A stretch of 51,422 nt of DNA, from positions 1 to 51,422 of the forward strand of contig JANOAV010000030.1 in the NCBI GenBank assembly GCA_031411295.1. The letters are read 5' to 3'. A program made the translations under genes and the position numbers. This stretch comes from Verrucomicrobiales bacterium (GTDB lineage: Bacteria; Verrucomicrobiota; Verrucomicrobiia; Verrucomicrobiales; V1-33). This document shows, one piece after another, positions 1-8,546 of the stretch (positions are counted from its first letter, which is position 1; each line of letters starts with the position of its first letter). Below the pieces are notes generated by a model that ran no database searches, was not told the DNA's origin, and worked only from the letters and a program-made list of their open reading frames with translations.

Positions 1-664
1 CTTTGAGCGGCTTTGCGCCTCAAAGCTATTAGTTGTTGGACAGGCCCGGTGATTCACTCAGCGCCTTCGGCCTCGGTGGCTGATCGGCGGGCCTATGCGG
101 TTTGCTTTTCGAGGTCGGTGTTGGCTAACTTCAGGGGCCGCCTTCTGAGCGATGCTGATGGGCACTGAATCCTGGCTACAGTGGCGTCCAGGTGCTCTTT
201 TCCTTTTCTGGGGCTGATTCTGGTGGCTGCGACTTGCATTTCCGCGGATTTTTTGGCTGCGATTTCCTTGCTAGTCCATGCTCCGCCTTGACTTCTCTTT
301 TTCAAGTTAGGTTGGCGGGGCGTTGGGTTTTGGATTTTCAATTTCATGCCGGTTGATCTTGCGGTGGCGGTCCGCGCACCGGGGTGCTGTCGGCTGCGCT
401 GCCCGTGGGTGGCTCGGTCCAGAGCGGGAGGCGCTTGAGTTCGCGCTTCCAGTCCATGGCTTTGCCGCAGCACGGGCATTGCGGGATGCGGGCTTCTTTG
501 GGGGGCTCGGCTGGCGCGTCGCTGGGCGCAGGCTCCACGGGGGGAAGTTCGGGTTTAAGCGCTCCGAGGATGGCCTCCACCCGCTCCCGACTGCGTTTCC
601 CAGCGGCACTCAGGAACCCGTAATGCCGCACGCGCACCAGTCCCTTGGGCAGCACGGAATGGCT
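1..664 (-). mobile_element. IS91-family (rolling-circle, Y2) element 3' remnant, copy 1 (runs off the left edge)
   Basis: ORF 344..655(-) reads (V)LPKGLVRVRHYGFLS...CPCCG...RGPP, the typical C-terminus of IS91-family transposases. The segment is directly repeated at 1817..2498. Confidence 0.8.
344..655 (-). pseudogene. IS91-family transposase C-terminal fragment
   Basis: Contains VLPKGxVRxRHYGFL, CPCC and RGPP motifs. No HUH-containing N-terminal part upstream. Confidence 0.8.
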
Positions 665-712
665 TCGCTATTGAAATGCCGCTCCTCGCGGCCCAGCATT
701 CGTCCTGCGTGC

Positions 713-864
713 AACGGCGGATTTTTGCACGCTCAAGGCGTGGGGCTTTGGAAGCCCCACACACAAGCATGGGTATTGAATGGCCTAATTTGATTTCCTA
801 TCATGATGCCTGGGCTTTCAAAGCCCCGCTCCTTGGGACAAAACCCGTGCAAAAATCCGCCGTT
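713..864. mobile_element. 152-bp MITE with 19-bp terminal inverted repeats and 10-bp target-site duplication
   Basis: TIRs AACGGCGGATTTTTGCACG (713-731) and CGTGCAAAAATCCGCCGTT (846-864). Flanking direct repeat TCCTGCGTGC at 703-712 and 865-874. Mirrored subterminal GGGCTTT..AAGCCC hairpins. Confidence 0.85.
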
Positions 865-941
865 TCCTGCGTGCGAACGCGGACGGATTTGAGTTGAATA
901 AAGCGGACGAATGACGACAATGAATCGGGTATATTTTTCAT
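865..941 (-). pseudogene. Probable N-terminal remnant of a tyrosine recombinase (SAM-like domain start), interrupted by the MITE
   Basis: ATG at 941 gives MKNIPDSLSSFVRFIQLKSVRVRTQ, resembling the 'L(K/R)xxxxRTxxxY' start of integrases that are paired with IS91 transposases. It lies just upstream of the IS91 remnant in the same orientation. Confidence 0.45.
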
Positions 942-1031
942 AGGGCCGCAGGATCGTCTGCCTGCGGCCCGATACCCGCCCTCAGAAATACGCTCTCGCT
1001 GCACGCTCGGCTCCCCAATGCACCGTCCGGA

Positions 1032-1079
1032 TGCGAACCAGTCCACGAATCACGCTTGCGTTCCGCGGAGCCGTTCGGC
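1032..1079 (-). repeat. Short attC-like hairpin (minus strand GCCGAAC...GTTCGCA)
   Basis: Minus strand GCCGAAC-GGC-TCCGCGGA-ACGC-AA-GCGT-GA-TTCGTGGA-CTG-GTTCGCA folds into an imperfect stem with a GAAC/GTTC base. It is shorter than canonical attC. Confidence 0.35.
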
Positions 1080-1102
1080 TCCTGAATCAGTAAAAGCATT
1101 CC

Positions 1103-1130
1103 TTGACGAATTTTGTTTCACTTGTGTGAT
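1103..1130 (+). promoter_or_regulatory. Putative sigma70 promoter of the TA operon
   Basis: TTGACG (1103-1108), 16-nt spacer, TGTGAT (1125-1130), immediately upstream of the GTG start at 1137. Confidence 0.4.
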
Positions 1131-1136
1131 GGCGCA

Positions 1137-1553
1137 GTGCTTGCCGTTTTTGACACCAATGTTTTAGTCTCCGGTTTACGCTCTGCTCGCGGTGCTTCGA
1201 ACGCGCTCTTGCAGCGCGTAGCTCTGGGACATTGCCAAGCTGCGGTTTCGACTGCGCTGCTTCTGGAGTATGAGGATGTGCTGAATCGTCCGGGATTGTT
1301 ACCGGGCTATTCGTCGGGGACGATTGATGCGTTTTTGGATTCATTTTGTTCCGTGGCGCGAGAGTCGTTCATTTACTTCCGTTGGCGTCCTTTCTTGACC
1401 GACCCGGGCGATGATCTCGTATTCGAGTGCGCCTTGGCCGCAGGCGCGACGCACATCGTAACCCACAATGGGCGGGATTTCAGGGGGACCGAAGTTTTTG
1501 GAGTTTCCACCGTGACACCTGCCGATTTCTTAGCTATACTTCCTCCGATATGA
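1137..1553 (+). CDS. PIN-domain toxin (putative toxin-antitoxin system toxin, PIN family)
   Basis: AVFDTNVLVS...LLLEYEDVL...DPGDDLVFECALAAGATHIVTHNGRDF carries the conserved PIN acidic residues. Start re-assigned to GTG 1137. Confidence 0.9.
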   Translation: MLAVFDTNVLVSGLRSARGASNALLQRVALGHCQAAVSTALLLEYEDVLNRPGLLPGYSSGTIDAFLDSFCSVARESFIYFRWRPFLTDPGDDLVFECALAAGATHIVTHNGRDFRGTEVFGVSTVTPADFLAILPPI

Positions 1554-1798
1554 GCACTCTTACCATTTCTATTCCTGATTCAGTTCTTCGTTCTGTAGAG
1601 TCCCTCGCTCTGGCAGATGGGGTAGCGGTGGATAATTACGTCTCGACTATTTTGGCGCAGCGGATCGCTATCGCTGAGGCGGATTCTTATGTTCGTAGAA
1701 GAGGTTCACGGGGGAGTGCTGGGCAATTGCTTGAGATACTGCGCTCGGCTCCTCAGGTCGAACCTGAGGAGGATGACCACCTGCCTGGCAGCCTCTAG
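1550..1798 (+). CDS. Ribbon-helix-helix antitoxin (HicB/CopG-like) partner of the PIN toxin
   Basis: MSTLTISIPDSVLRSVESLALADGVAVDNYV has an RHH pattern. ATGA overlap with the toxin stop. Confidence 0.8.
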   Translation: MSTLTISIPDSVLRSVESLALADGVAVDNYVSTILAQRIAIAEADSYVRRRGSRGSAGQLLEILRSAPQVEPEEDDHLPGSL

Positions 1799-1857
1799 CC
1801 TAACCTTCAAAGATAGCTTTGAGCGGCTTTGCGCCTCAAAGCTATCAGTTGTTGGAC
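1798..1857. repeat. 60-bp attC-like site (RYYYAAC...GTTRRRY)
   Basis: GCCTAAC (1798-1804, overlapping the antitoxin stop) to GTTGGAC (1851-1857), enclosing a 12-bp perfect stem GATAGCTTTGAG/CTCAAAGCTATC with bulged bases near the loop. A partial second copy is at 1-41. Confidence 0.5.
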
Positions 1858-2498
1858 AGGCCCGGTGATTCACTCAGCGCCTTCGGCCTCGGTGGGTGAT
1901 CGGCGGGCCTATGCGGTTTGCTTTGCGAGTTCGCGGTTGGCTTGACTCGGTGCCGACTGCCGGCGGGATGAGAGGGGACGCTTCGCGAAGACGATAGCGG
2001 CGTTCTGGCTGAATTTTCCTTTTCCTTGGCTGTTGTTTTGCTGGGTGGCGTGGATTTTAGCGGGCTTTTGGGCGGCATTTTTCTCCTTGGTCCACGCTCC
2101 ACCTGCGCGGACCCCTTTCAAGTTAGGATGGCGGGCGCTGGCGTTGGCGATTTTCAATTTCATGCGGGTTGCGTTTGCGGTGGCGGTCCTCTCACAGGGG
2201 TCCAATCGGCTGCGCTGCTTATCGGGGGCTCGGCCCAGAGTGGGAGCCGTTTGAGTTCGCGCATCCAGCTCATGGCTTTCCCGCAGCACGGGCATTTCGG
2301 GATGCGGGCTTCTTTGCTGGCTTGGGCGATGGCGACCGCAGCGGCATCCGAAGCTTCACTAGGCGTGGCCACGGCAGGGAGTTCGGGTTTAAGCGCTCCG
2401 AGGATGGCCTCCACGCGCTCCCGACTGCGTTTCCCAGCGGCACTCAGGAACCCGTAATGCCGCACGCGCACCAGTCCCTTGGCCAGCACGGAATGGCT
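1817..2498 (-). mobile_element. IS91-family element 3' remnant, copy 2
   Basis: Direct repeat of 1..664, near-identical at both ends and diverged in the middle. ORF 2160..2489(-) reads LAKGLVRVRHYGFLS...CPCCG...RGPP. Confidence 0.8.
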
Positions 2499-2605
2499 GC
2501 GAGCGCTAGCCGCAGCGCTCTAACATTCGGCGACTCGGCGCATGCATTGATGAAAACGATCACACCATCAAGAATTTCGATTATGGCCTCTCCGGAGACC
2601 GCAGT

Positions 2606-3319
2606 ATGGTGTCGCCTATGAAACGAATTTTTATGAATGTGTCTGACCGGAAGCATCCTCGCAGTATTATCCTCTGGAGCCTCAAGTTTACGAGTAAGTG
2701 CCACTTGGTTGTGTTGCTCGTGCTTATCGGATTTCTGACGGGCACCGGGCATTCGCTTGGCGCAGAGGAAGGCGATGAATCACCCGCGGAACGAGAGCGC
2801 GGAATGAAACTCACCGGGGGGGATCTAAGTGTGGCAACCAATGAGTTGGAGCGATTCTATGCTCTGGGAAACGCCGCGCGGAATGTGTTGCGGGACGGGA
2901 AACTCAAAGAGGCTGAGGCGCTCGCTAAGGAACTGGCGCGCCTGGCTCCGAAATACAAGCAAGACTGGAATTATGGCAACGCCATTGCCGATGCGAATCA
3001 AGTGCTTGGACAAATCGCACTCTCCGAAGGTGATGTCGGGGAAGCCAAAAAGCATCTACTCGCATCGGCTGACAGCAAGGGTTCGCCACAATTAAACTCC
3101 TTCGGTCCCAGTTTTATCCTGGCTCGCGCACTGGCCGAGAAAGGCGAGCGTGAGACCGTGATCGCTTTTCTGGATTTAGTGGCCCGCTTTTGGGCCAACC
3201 CGGATGAGCGAACCGAACCCAATTCCAAGCGCCTTGCCAGCGAGCACCTCCAGCAACTGGAGTCCTGGAAAGAGCAACTCCGTGCAGGGAAGGTTCCTGA
3301 CCATCCAAAATGGCGGTAG
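2606..3319 (+). CDS. Exported TPR-like helical protein (WNYGNAI / GSPQLxSFGP family)
   Basis: Hydrophobic N-terminal segment followed by DWNYGNAIADANQVLGQIAL and GSPQLNSFGP motifs. Start uncertain (2606, 2618 or 2633). Confidence 0.7.
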   Translation: MVSPMKRIFMNVSDRKHPRSIILWSLKFTSKCHLVVLLVLIGFLTGTGHSLGAEEGDESPAERERGMKLTGGDLSVATNELERFYALGNAARNVLRDGKLKEAEALAKELARLAPKYKQDWNYGNAIADANQVLGQIALSEGDVGEAKKHLLASADSKGSPQLNSFGPSFILARALAEKGERETVIAFLDLVARFWANPDERTEPNSKRLASEHLQQLESWKEQLRAGKVPDHPKWR

Positions 3320-3462
3320 TCCGTGATTGCTCCAAAGAATCCAACCATGCTGAACAAATTAGGTTAGGATTGGGTGACAGCTCCAATGGACTCGTCGGGT
3401 GGAAATGGCGGACGGAGTCGCGCCACTCCCATTGTGGCAGCCCTCTTTTTCGGTGCAATATA

Positions 3463-3498
3463 GAAAACGCCCAAGACCACTGGGTCTTGGGCGCTTTC
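3463..3498. terminator. Probable bidirectional intrinsic terminator between convergent genes
   Basis: Hairpin GAAAACGCCCAAGACC-ACTG-GGTCTTGGGCGCTTTC. Confidence 0.7.
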
Positions 3499-3540
3499 AT
3501 GAATTGCTGGCGAGGGGCATCCCCCGTAACGGAAGACGAA

Positions 3541-4011
3541 TTATTTCTTCGGCTCAGGCGTCTTGGGGTCCGCTGGTTTGTCACCTGGTTTCATTTCTTC
3601 CTTTTTGTCGTCCTTCTTGGGATCAGCTTTGGGATCATTTTTTTCCTTCTTTTCCTTTTCAGGCTTCACGTCGTCCACCTTGCCGACCTTGAAGTCTTTG
3701 CCCAGCGGCTTGGAAACCATGCTTTTGCTCAGACGGCCTTTCTCGATCGCCAGGGTAGCGATCATCTCTTTTCCTTCGAGTTTTACCTCTTTGCATTTGA
3801 AATCAGAGGCCTGGAGGAGCAGGGCCTTGACTTCCGTGACGCTGGCTTCCGTGGCATTGCCCAAGTTCGGGGTGATGACTGCGGTGTAGAGCATTTCTTT
3901 CTTCTCTTCCTTCTTGTCGCCTTTTTTGGCGTCCTTCTTGGCATCTTTGGCATCGGCAGGAACCGTCAGGGCCAGGGCAATGACAGATAATAGTAAGCAG
4001 AACAGTTTCAT
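3541..4011 (-). CDS. Secreted lysine-rich hypothetical protein
   Basis: Signal peptide MKLFCLLLSVIALALTVPADA. K/D/E-rich flanks surround a small globular core. Confidence 0.75.
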   Translation of the reverse strand: MKLFCLLLSVIALALTVPADAKDAKKDAKKGDKKEEKKEMLYTAVITPNLGNATEASVTEVKALLLQASDFKCKEVKLEGKEMIATLAIEKGRLSKSMVSKPLGKDFKVGKVDDVKPEKEKKEKNDPKADPKKDDKKEEMKPGDKPADPKTPEPKK

Positions 4012-4166
4012 GTTATTCGGGTGGTATGGGTTGGAGAGCGTGACCGGACTGTCCGGTTGGGGCTCCGTAACATTGGACGTTGTAACGGAAGGAATATTCT
4101 GAGCAAGTATATTTCTGCACCCATTTGGTGGTTGCAGAGGCCCGGGGAATACCGTTTCAGTCCGGC

Positions 4167-4553
4167 ATGACGAAACAAATTATCGCTACCAACCAAGCTC
4201 CGGCCGCCATCGGCCCCTACAGTCAAGCCATTCGCACGGGAAATCTTCTCTTCGGTTCCGGCCAGATTCCATTGGATCCAGCGGACCCAGGGGCGGCCTT
4301 CCCGGAGGACATTACCGCGCAAACTGAGCAAGTGCTGGCGAATCTGGGCGGACTGCTCAGCAGCCAAGGGCTAAGTTTCGAAAGCGTCGTTAAGACCACG
4401 GTCTTCCTCATGGATATGGCGGACTTCGCTGCGATGAATGCGGTTTACGGGAAGTATTTCTCTTCCAATCCGCCGGCCCGCAGCACGGTGCAGGTGGCAG
4501 GACTGCCGCGTGGGGCCAAGGTAGAGATCGAGTTTATCGCAGTGATCGAGTAA
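4167..4553 (+). CDS. ridA: RidA/YjgF/YER057c/UK114 family enamine/imine deaminase
   Basis: APAAIGPYSQA, SGQIP, VVKTTVFL, PARSTVQVAGLP and VEIE motifs. Start moved to ATG 4167. Confidence 0.92.
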   Translation: MTKQIIATNQAPAAIGPYSQAIRTGNLLFGSGQIPLDPADPGAAFPEDITAQTEQVLANLGGLLSSQGLSFESVVKTTVFLMDMADFAAMNAVYGKYFSSNPPARSTVQVAGLPRGAKVEIEFIAVIE

Positions 4554-4686
4554 GCACGACTCTGCACATGCCCATGCTTCCCGTAGTTTTGAGACGGAAA
4601 ATGCCCAAGTCCGCAAGATTTCTCTAAATTTATCAACTTTAGGGTTGTCAACTTGGAGGGAATTGACCTAAATGTCTCATCGTCTT

Positions 4687-5100
4687 ATGAAAAAGCTTCT
4701 TCTCATCCTCCTCACCGTCGGAATTGCCACCGTCAGCATGGCCGATTTCCAGGCTCCTCCGGGATCCAAATACACTCGCGTCCGCAAACTAAGCCGTGCC
4801 TTGGCTAACTTGGTTTACGGAATCAATGAACTTCCCAACCAATGGGAACGCAGTTCCTCCTACGGAGGCAACAGTGAAGCCGCCAGTAGCGGCACCATGC
4901 TGGCAGCCCATAAGATCGTGACCCGCGTCGGTTACGGTCTGTATGAACTCGTCACCTTCCCCTTCCCCACTTACAAGGGCGGCTATCGCCAGCCTTACTG
5001 GACGAAGGAAGCCACTAACCCATATCGTGGTTACCAAGAGTTTGCTCCAGAAGTTGGCTTTACTTCCGGTTACGTGCAAACTCGCGACCAAGTGGATTGA
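4687..5100 (+). CDS. Exosortase system-associated protein, TIGR04073-like
   Basis: Signal peptide, then the RKLSRALANL...ELP...R.G.G.YE.VTFP.P pattern typical of this family. Confidence 0.7.
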   Translation: MKKLLLILLTVGIATVSMADFQAPPGSKYTRVRKLSRALANLVYGINELPNQWERSSSYGGNSEAASSGTMLAAHKIVTRVGYGLYELVTFPFPTYKGGYRQPYWTKEATNPYRGYQEFAPEVGFTSGYVQTRDQVD

Positions 5101-5123
5101 GCGCTGACCCGATCACAAATTTC

Positions 5124-5161
5124 AAAAATCCCGCATCTTCATTGATGCGGGATTTTTTTTT
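5124..5161 (+). terminator. Intrinsic terminator
   Basis: AAAAATCCCGCATC-TTCATT-GATGCGGGAT followed by a T-run. Confidence 0.85.
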
Positions 5162-5281
5162 GAACGCGAGACTGGCCCACCTCGTGGTCGCCAGGCGGAA
5201 TTTCCGTCATGGTTCGTTCTTGCATGAATGGCCAAATGCGGTTAAAACGACGCTCGTCTCCCCACTAAACATTTCCTGAGT

Positions 5282-6241
5282 ATGAAATACCTCATCGCCT
5301 TATTGATTATCGCCATTGCCGCCGTGGCTGGCTTCTTTGTGCAGCCACGGATTTACACTGCGGGTGAAAGTCTCCGTCCCAAAAAGATCATTGTGGAAAA
5401 GACGGTAAAAGAAAAAGAGGCCGATGCGGCCAGGGCCAAAGCCTCCGTTCCCAACCACGACACGGGCAAGGTGCAGGATTTGTTGGCTCAAATTAGAAAC
5501 GGTCCCACCCCCGGGGATACCCCACCCGCTCCACAGGAAGGGCCAAAATCAACCAGTGCGGACGATGAAATCGAGCGCAAGTATCCGATGCCGAAGATCC
5601 GAGCGATCGAAGAAATCACCAAGAATTGGACCACGGTGCCATCCACGGCGTTCCCACGGAAGGTCAAGTCAACCCTGCCGATTGATTTCCAAATTGCAGC
5701 CGGAAAGACCACCCTTCCACCGGGTTCTGAACTAGTCGCTTTTTCCTTGGAAGGCGGTATGATGTCCGTCGCCCGCGGGGAGAGTGATCCATTGAAGGTA
5801 ACGGTTTCCCTGGCCAGCACCGACTTCCAGGAAATGATGACCCGCCTCTACAACAAGTATGTGGACAAACGCGTAGCTGATGTAAAAAAAGCACGCGAAG
5901 CCGCCCTCTACGAACGCGACCATCCGGCCCCGCCCCCACCACCGGTGGACGAACAGGCCAAGCTGGCTGGAGTTAAACCTGCCTTCGATGGCAACAATCA
6001 AGTCCCCGCCATGATGGCGAGCATAGCCGCCAAGGAGGTAACGGAATTTAAATCTTCGAATATTACGGATTGGTCCCCACCAGAATTTGCCATGGATGGC
6101 GGCAAAGGCTATTGGGTCGTGAAAATCGGAGTGGAAATCAGCACTATGTTCGGAATGCAGCCCACGGAAATTCAGGCCTTCATCAACAATGGCAAGGTCG
6201 TCAAATGGATCTATGCCGGTTCCAAGGAGCCCGTGCAGTGA
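5282..6241 (+). CDS. Membrane-anchored hypothetical protein
   Basis: 319-aa ORF with an N-terminal transmembrane or signal segment and Pro-rich linkers. GTGA overlap with the next gene. Confidence 0.75.
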   Translation: MKYLIALLIIAIAAVAGFFVQPRIYTAGESLRPKKIIVEKTVKEKEADAARAKASVPNHDTGKVQDLLAQIRNGPTPGDTPPAPQEGPKSTSADDEIERKYPMPKIRAIEEITKNWTTVPSTAFPRKVKSTLPIDFQIAAGKTTLPPGSELVAFSLEGGMMSVARGESDPLKVTVSLASTDFQEMMTRLYNKYVDKRVADVKKAREAALYERDHPAPPPPPVDEQAKLAGVKPAFDGNNQVPAMMASIAAKEVTEFKSSNITDWSPPEFAMDGGKGYWVVKIGVEISTMFGMQPTEIQAFINNGKVVKWIYAGSKEPVQ

Positions 6242-7077
6242 GTCTGGCCGCAGTTGGCATCATTGGCTTGGGCATTGTCGGGAGTCGGGTAGCGGAGAAT
6301 TACCGTGCCGCCGGACACCAGGTTAGGGTCTGGAGCCGCACCCCTCGCAACCAGGAACCGAATTTCTTGGAGACCCCTGCGGCCGTGGCCTCCGTTGCAT
6401 CCGTAGTGCAGATTTTCGTTAATACGGGAGAGAGTTTACTGGCGGTGCTGGAAGCGATGCGCCCCGCCCTAACCACGGAACATATCATCATTAACAGTTC
6501 GACGGTCTCGCTGCCAGCCACCCAGGCAGCGGAGCAACTGGTAACGGCGTGCGGGGCCCAGTTTCTCGACTGCCCGTTTACCGGCAGTAAACTGGCCGCA
6601 GCGGCAGGGCAGTTGATTTATTATGTGGGAGGGTCCGCCGATTTGTTGGAGAAGGTGCGTCCCTTATTGGTGCATTCCTCCAAAGAAATCCTCCTCCTGG
6701 GAGAAATTGGCGACGCTACCGTGCTGAAGCTCGTAACCAACATGGTCAGCGCCACCACCGTGCAGATTCTGGCGGAAGCGATGGCGGTGACAGCGGCGGC
6801 GGGCATTCCGCAGGAGAAATTTCTCCGGGCCATGGAGGGCAATGCCAACTGCTCTGGTTTGGTCCGGATGAAGGTCCCCGCGATGGCCGCAGGTGATTTC
6901 TCGCCCCATTTCTCGCTCAAAAATATGCTCAAGGATTCCCGCTTTGCGCTGGAGTTGGCTGCCGCCCATGGATTGGATTTGCCAGTCCTGACAGCCACTT
7001 CCGACTGCATGGCAGAACTGGATGCGCAAGGCCGGGGAGAAGAGGACTTCGCAGTCCTGGCCACGAAATATCTCTAA
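6238..7077 (+). CDS. NAD(P)-dependent oxidoreductase, 3-hydroxyisobutyrate dehydrogenase family
   Basis: GIIGLGIVG Rossmann motif, FLDCPFTGSK, LKLVTN, F.LKNMLKD. GTG start at 6238. Confidence 0.9.
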   Translation: MSLAAVGIIGLGIVGSRVAENYRAAGHQVRVWSRTPRNQEPNFLETPAAVASVASVVQIFVNTGESLLAVLEAMRPALTTEHIIINSSTVSLPATQAAEQLVTACGAQFLDCPFTGSKLAAAAGQLIYYVGGSADLLEKVRPLLVHSSKEILLLGEIGDATVLKLVTNMVSATTVQILAEAMAVTAAAGIPQEKFLRAMEGNANCSGLVRMKVPAMAAGDFSPHFSLKNMLKDSRFALELAAAHGLDLPVLTATSDCMAELDAQGRGEEDFAVLATKYL

Positions 7078-7085
7078 CGCCAACG

Positions 7086-8546
7086 TCATTTCCCCGCTCC
7101 ACTGGCCTGGACCTGCTGACCGATCGGAGAATCCAGCCATTGCTGAGCAGCCGTCGCGTCCTGCTTGATCCATTGCGGCAATAACTCTTTGAGGCGTCGG
7201 GCGCGCTTGCCAGGATCATTGATACTGGCCGCCCAGGTCAGCGCGGAGGTGGGATCCGTTTTGAATAAACTGCGCACGAACTCACCCGTGATCGCATCCC
7301 GCCGGGGACCGACAGGCTCCTGGTTGAGCCACTCACTGGCGCTGATCGGATCCCGCCCGCCCCAGACTTCGCCGAGTTCCTTCCAGAGTTCATCCTGGCT
7401 TTTGCCTTTGCTTACTTGATCAATCCGCTTGAGCGCTTCGGCAGGAAGGAAGGCCTCGTTGGTATCGATACTGTTTCTCGCATAGCCAGCGAGAAAGGCC
7501 TGGCGGTCCGGCCCTTCCGGCAAGCCGTTGCGCAGCGCTTCCGTGTGACTATCAGGATAATTCCCCAGACTGGCGAATTGCTTGATGGTGCGTTGTCGAA
7601 GCTCTGGGTCCTGAATCGAAGTCATCACTTTCAGCCCTTGCAGTGGATCCTCCGGCCAGGAAAATCCATGCTCCAGCAATCTTCCGAGCAGAGAGTCGAG
7701 ATCTCTTGGCGGCAATCCTAACGCGTTCAATTTATCTGCCGCAGCGGCCAGTCCCAGGGTCATGCTCATGCCCTGGAGGCAAGCTTCCACCAGCTCCCGA
7801 CGTTTCCCAGCCGGTCCTTCGGTCATGACCCAGTCCAAGGCGGCTGTGGCGTCCTGATTGGACCAAGGGTGCAATACTTGCGAGACTAGGTCCAGCTTCG
7901 CTCCTTTGGCCTCGGCACCTTGGGCCAGGGTCATGGCCAGGGCAGGATTGCTGCCGCCGAGTTCCTGAAACAAAGCGAAAGTCGCCTCGTGCCGAAAGGG
8001 TTGGGGTTGTCCTAAAATAAAATCCAAGGCGGCGGGAGCGTCTTTTTGGGCCCAGATCTTGGCCACCGCAAATCGCATCTGACTCGCAGTCTGGCGTCCG
8101 GCCATCTTGCTGCACGCGAGCATGGCGGCGGCGGGATCCAGTTCCGCCCACCGTTGGAAAATGATTTCTGAGAGCGGCACCACGAAATGTTCGTCGAGGG
8201 AGGAATCCTCCACCTCACTGCGCATTAATTCCAACGCGACGGCAAAGTCCGCCGAAGTCCTGGCTCCGCGCAAAATGCGCAGCACGGCGGCCGCTTGCGT
8301 GCGGTAGGGATTCTGCGCCAACCACGCGCTGCGGAGATCATTTCCCAGGGTGCCCAACGTGTCCGCTGATTCGCCAGCTAACGCTTGAATAACTGGTGGC
8401 GAAACTACCGGAACCCTGCTCGCAGGCTCAATGCGCGACGGTGCAGCCGCTGACGGTAGTCCGGGCTTAAGCCACGCGCGCACCGTCAATCCAAGGAGTG
8501 TGGCGCAGATGACACTGCCGAGGTGAATGATAGTGCTACGGTTCAT
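7086..8546 (-). CDS. Membrane-anchored alpha-helical repeat protein (W-x-x-x-DP-x-x-A repeats)
   Basis: Repeated RWAELDPAAA, WAQKDAPAA, WSNQDATAALDW, WGGRDPISASEW. ATGA overlap with the upstream sigma gene. Confidence 0.75.
   Translation of the reverse strand: MNRSTIIHLGSVICATLLGLTVRAWLKPGLPSAAAPSRIEPASRVPVVSPPVIQALAGESADTLGTLGNDLRSAWLAQNPYRTQAAAVLRILRGARTSADFAVALELMRSEVEDSSLDEHFVVPLSEIIFQRWAELDPAAAMLACSKMAGRQTASQMRFAVAKIWAQKDAPAALDFILGQPQPFRHEATFALFQELGGSNPALAMTLAQGAEAKGAKLDLVSQVLHPWSNQDATAALDWVMTEGPAGKRRELVEACLQGMSMTLGLAAAADKLNALGLPPRDLDSLLGRLLEHGFSWPEDPLQGLKVMTSIQDPELRQRTIKQFASLGNYPDSHTEALRNGLPEGPDRQAFLAGYARNSIDTNEAFLPAEALKRIDQVSKGKSQDELWKELGEVWGGRDPISASEWLNQEPVGPRRDAITGEFVRSLFKTDPTSALTWAASINDPGKRARRLKELLPQWIKQDATAAQQWLDSPIGQQVQASGAGK

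Noticed and set aside
93..479. ORFs 93..479 and 1909..2295 as real genes
   Set aside because: They lie in the IS91 end region overlapping the transposase frame and have no recognisable motifs; their mutual similarity is explained by the DNA repeat.
1..2530. Complete integron
   Set aside because: No intact IntI or attI is visible and the hairpins deviate from canonical attC spacing. Kept only as an attC-like finding.
3339..3369. attC after the TPR-like gene (ATCCAAC...GTTAGGA)
   Set aside because: Only about 31 bp with no internal stem; at most a collapsed remnant.
6070..6237. Extended starts in the ORF track (also for ptsI, Gfo/Idh/MocA, aas, ridA and PIN)
   Set aside because: The extensions overlap neighbours or lack family similarity, so downstream starts were chosen.
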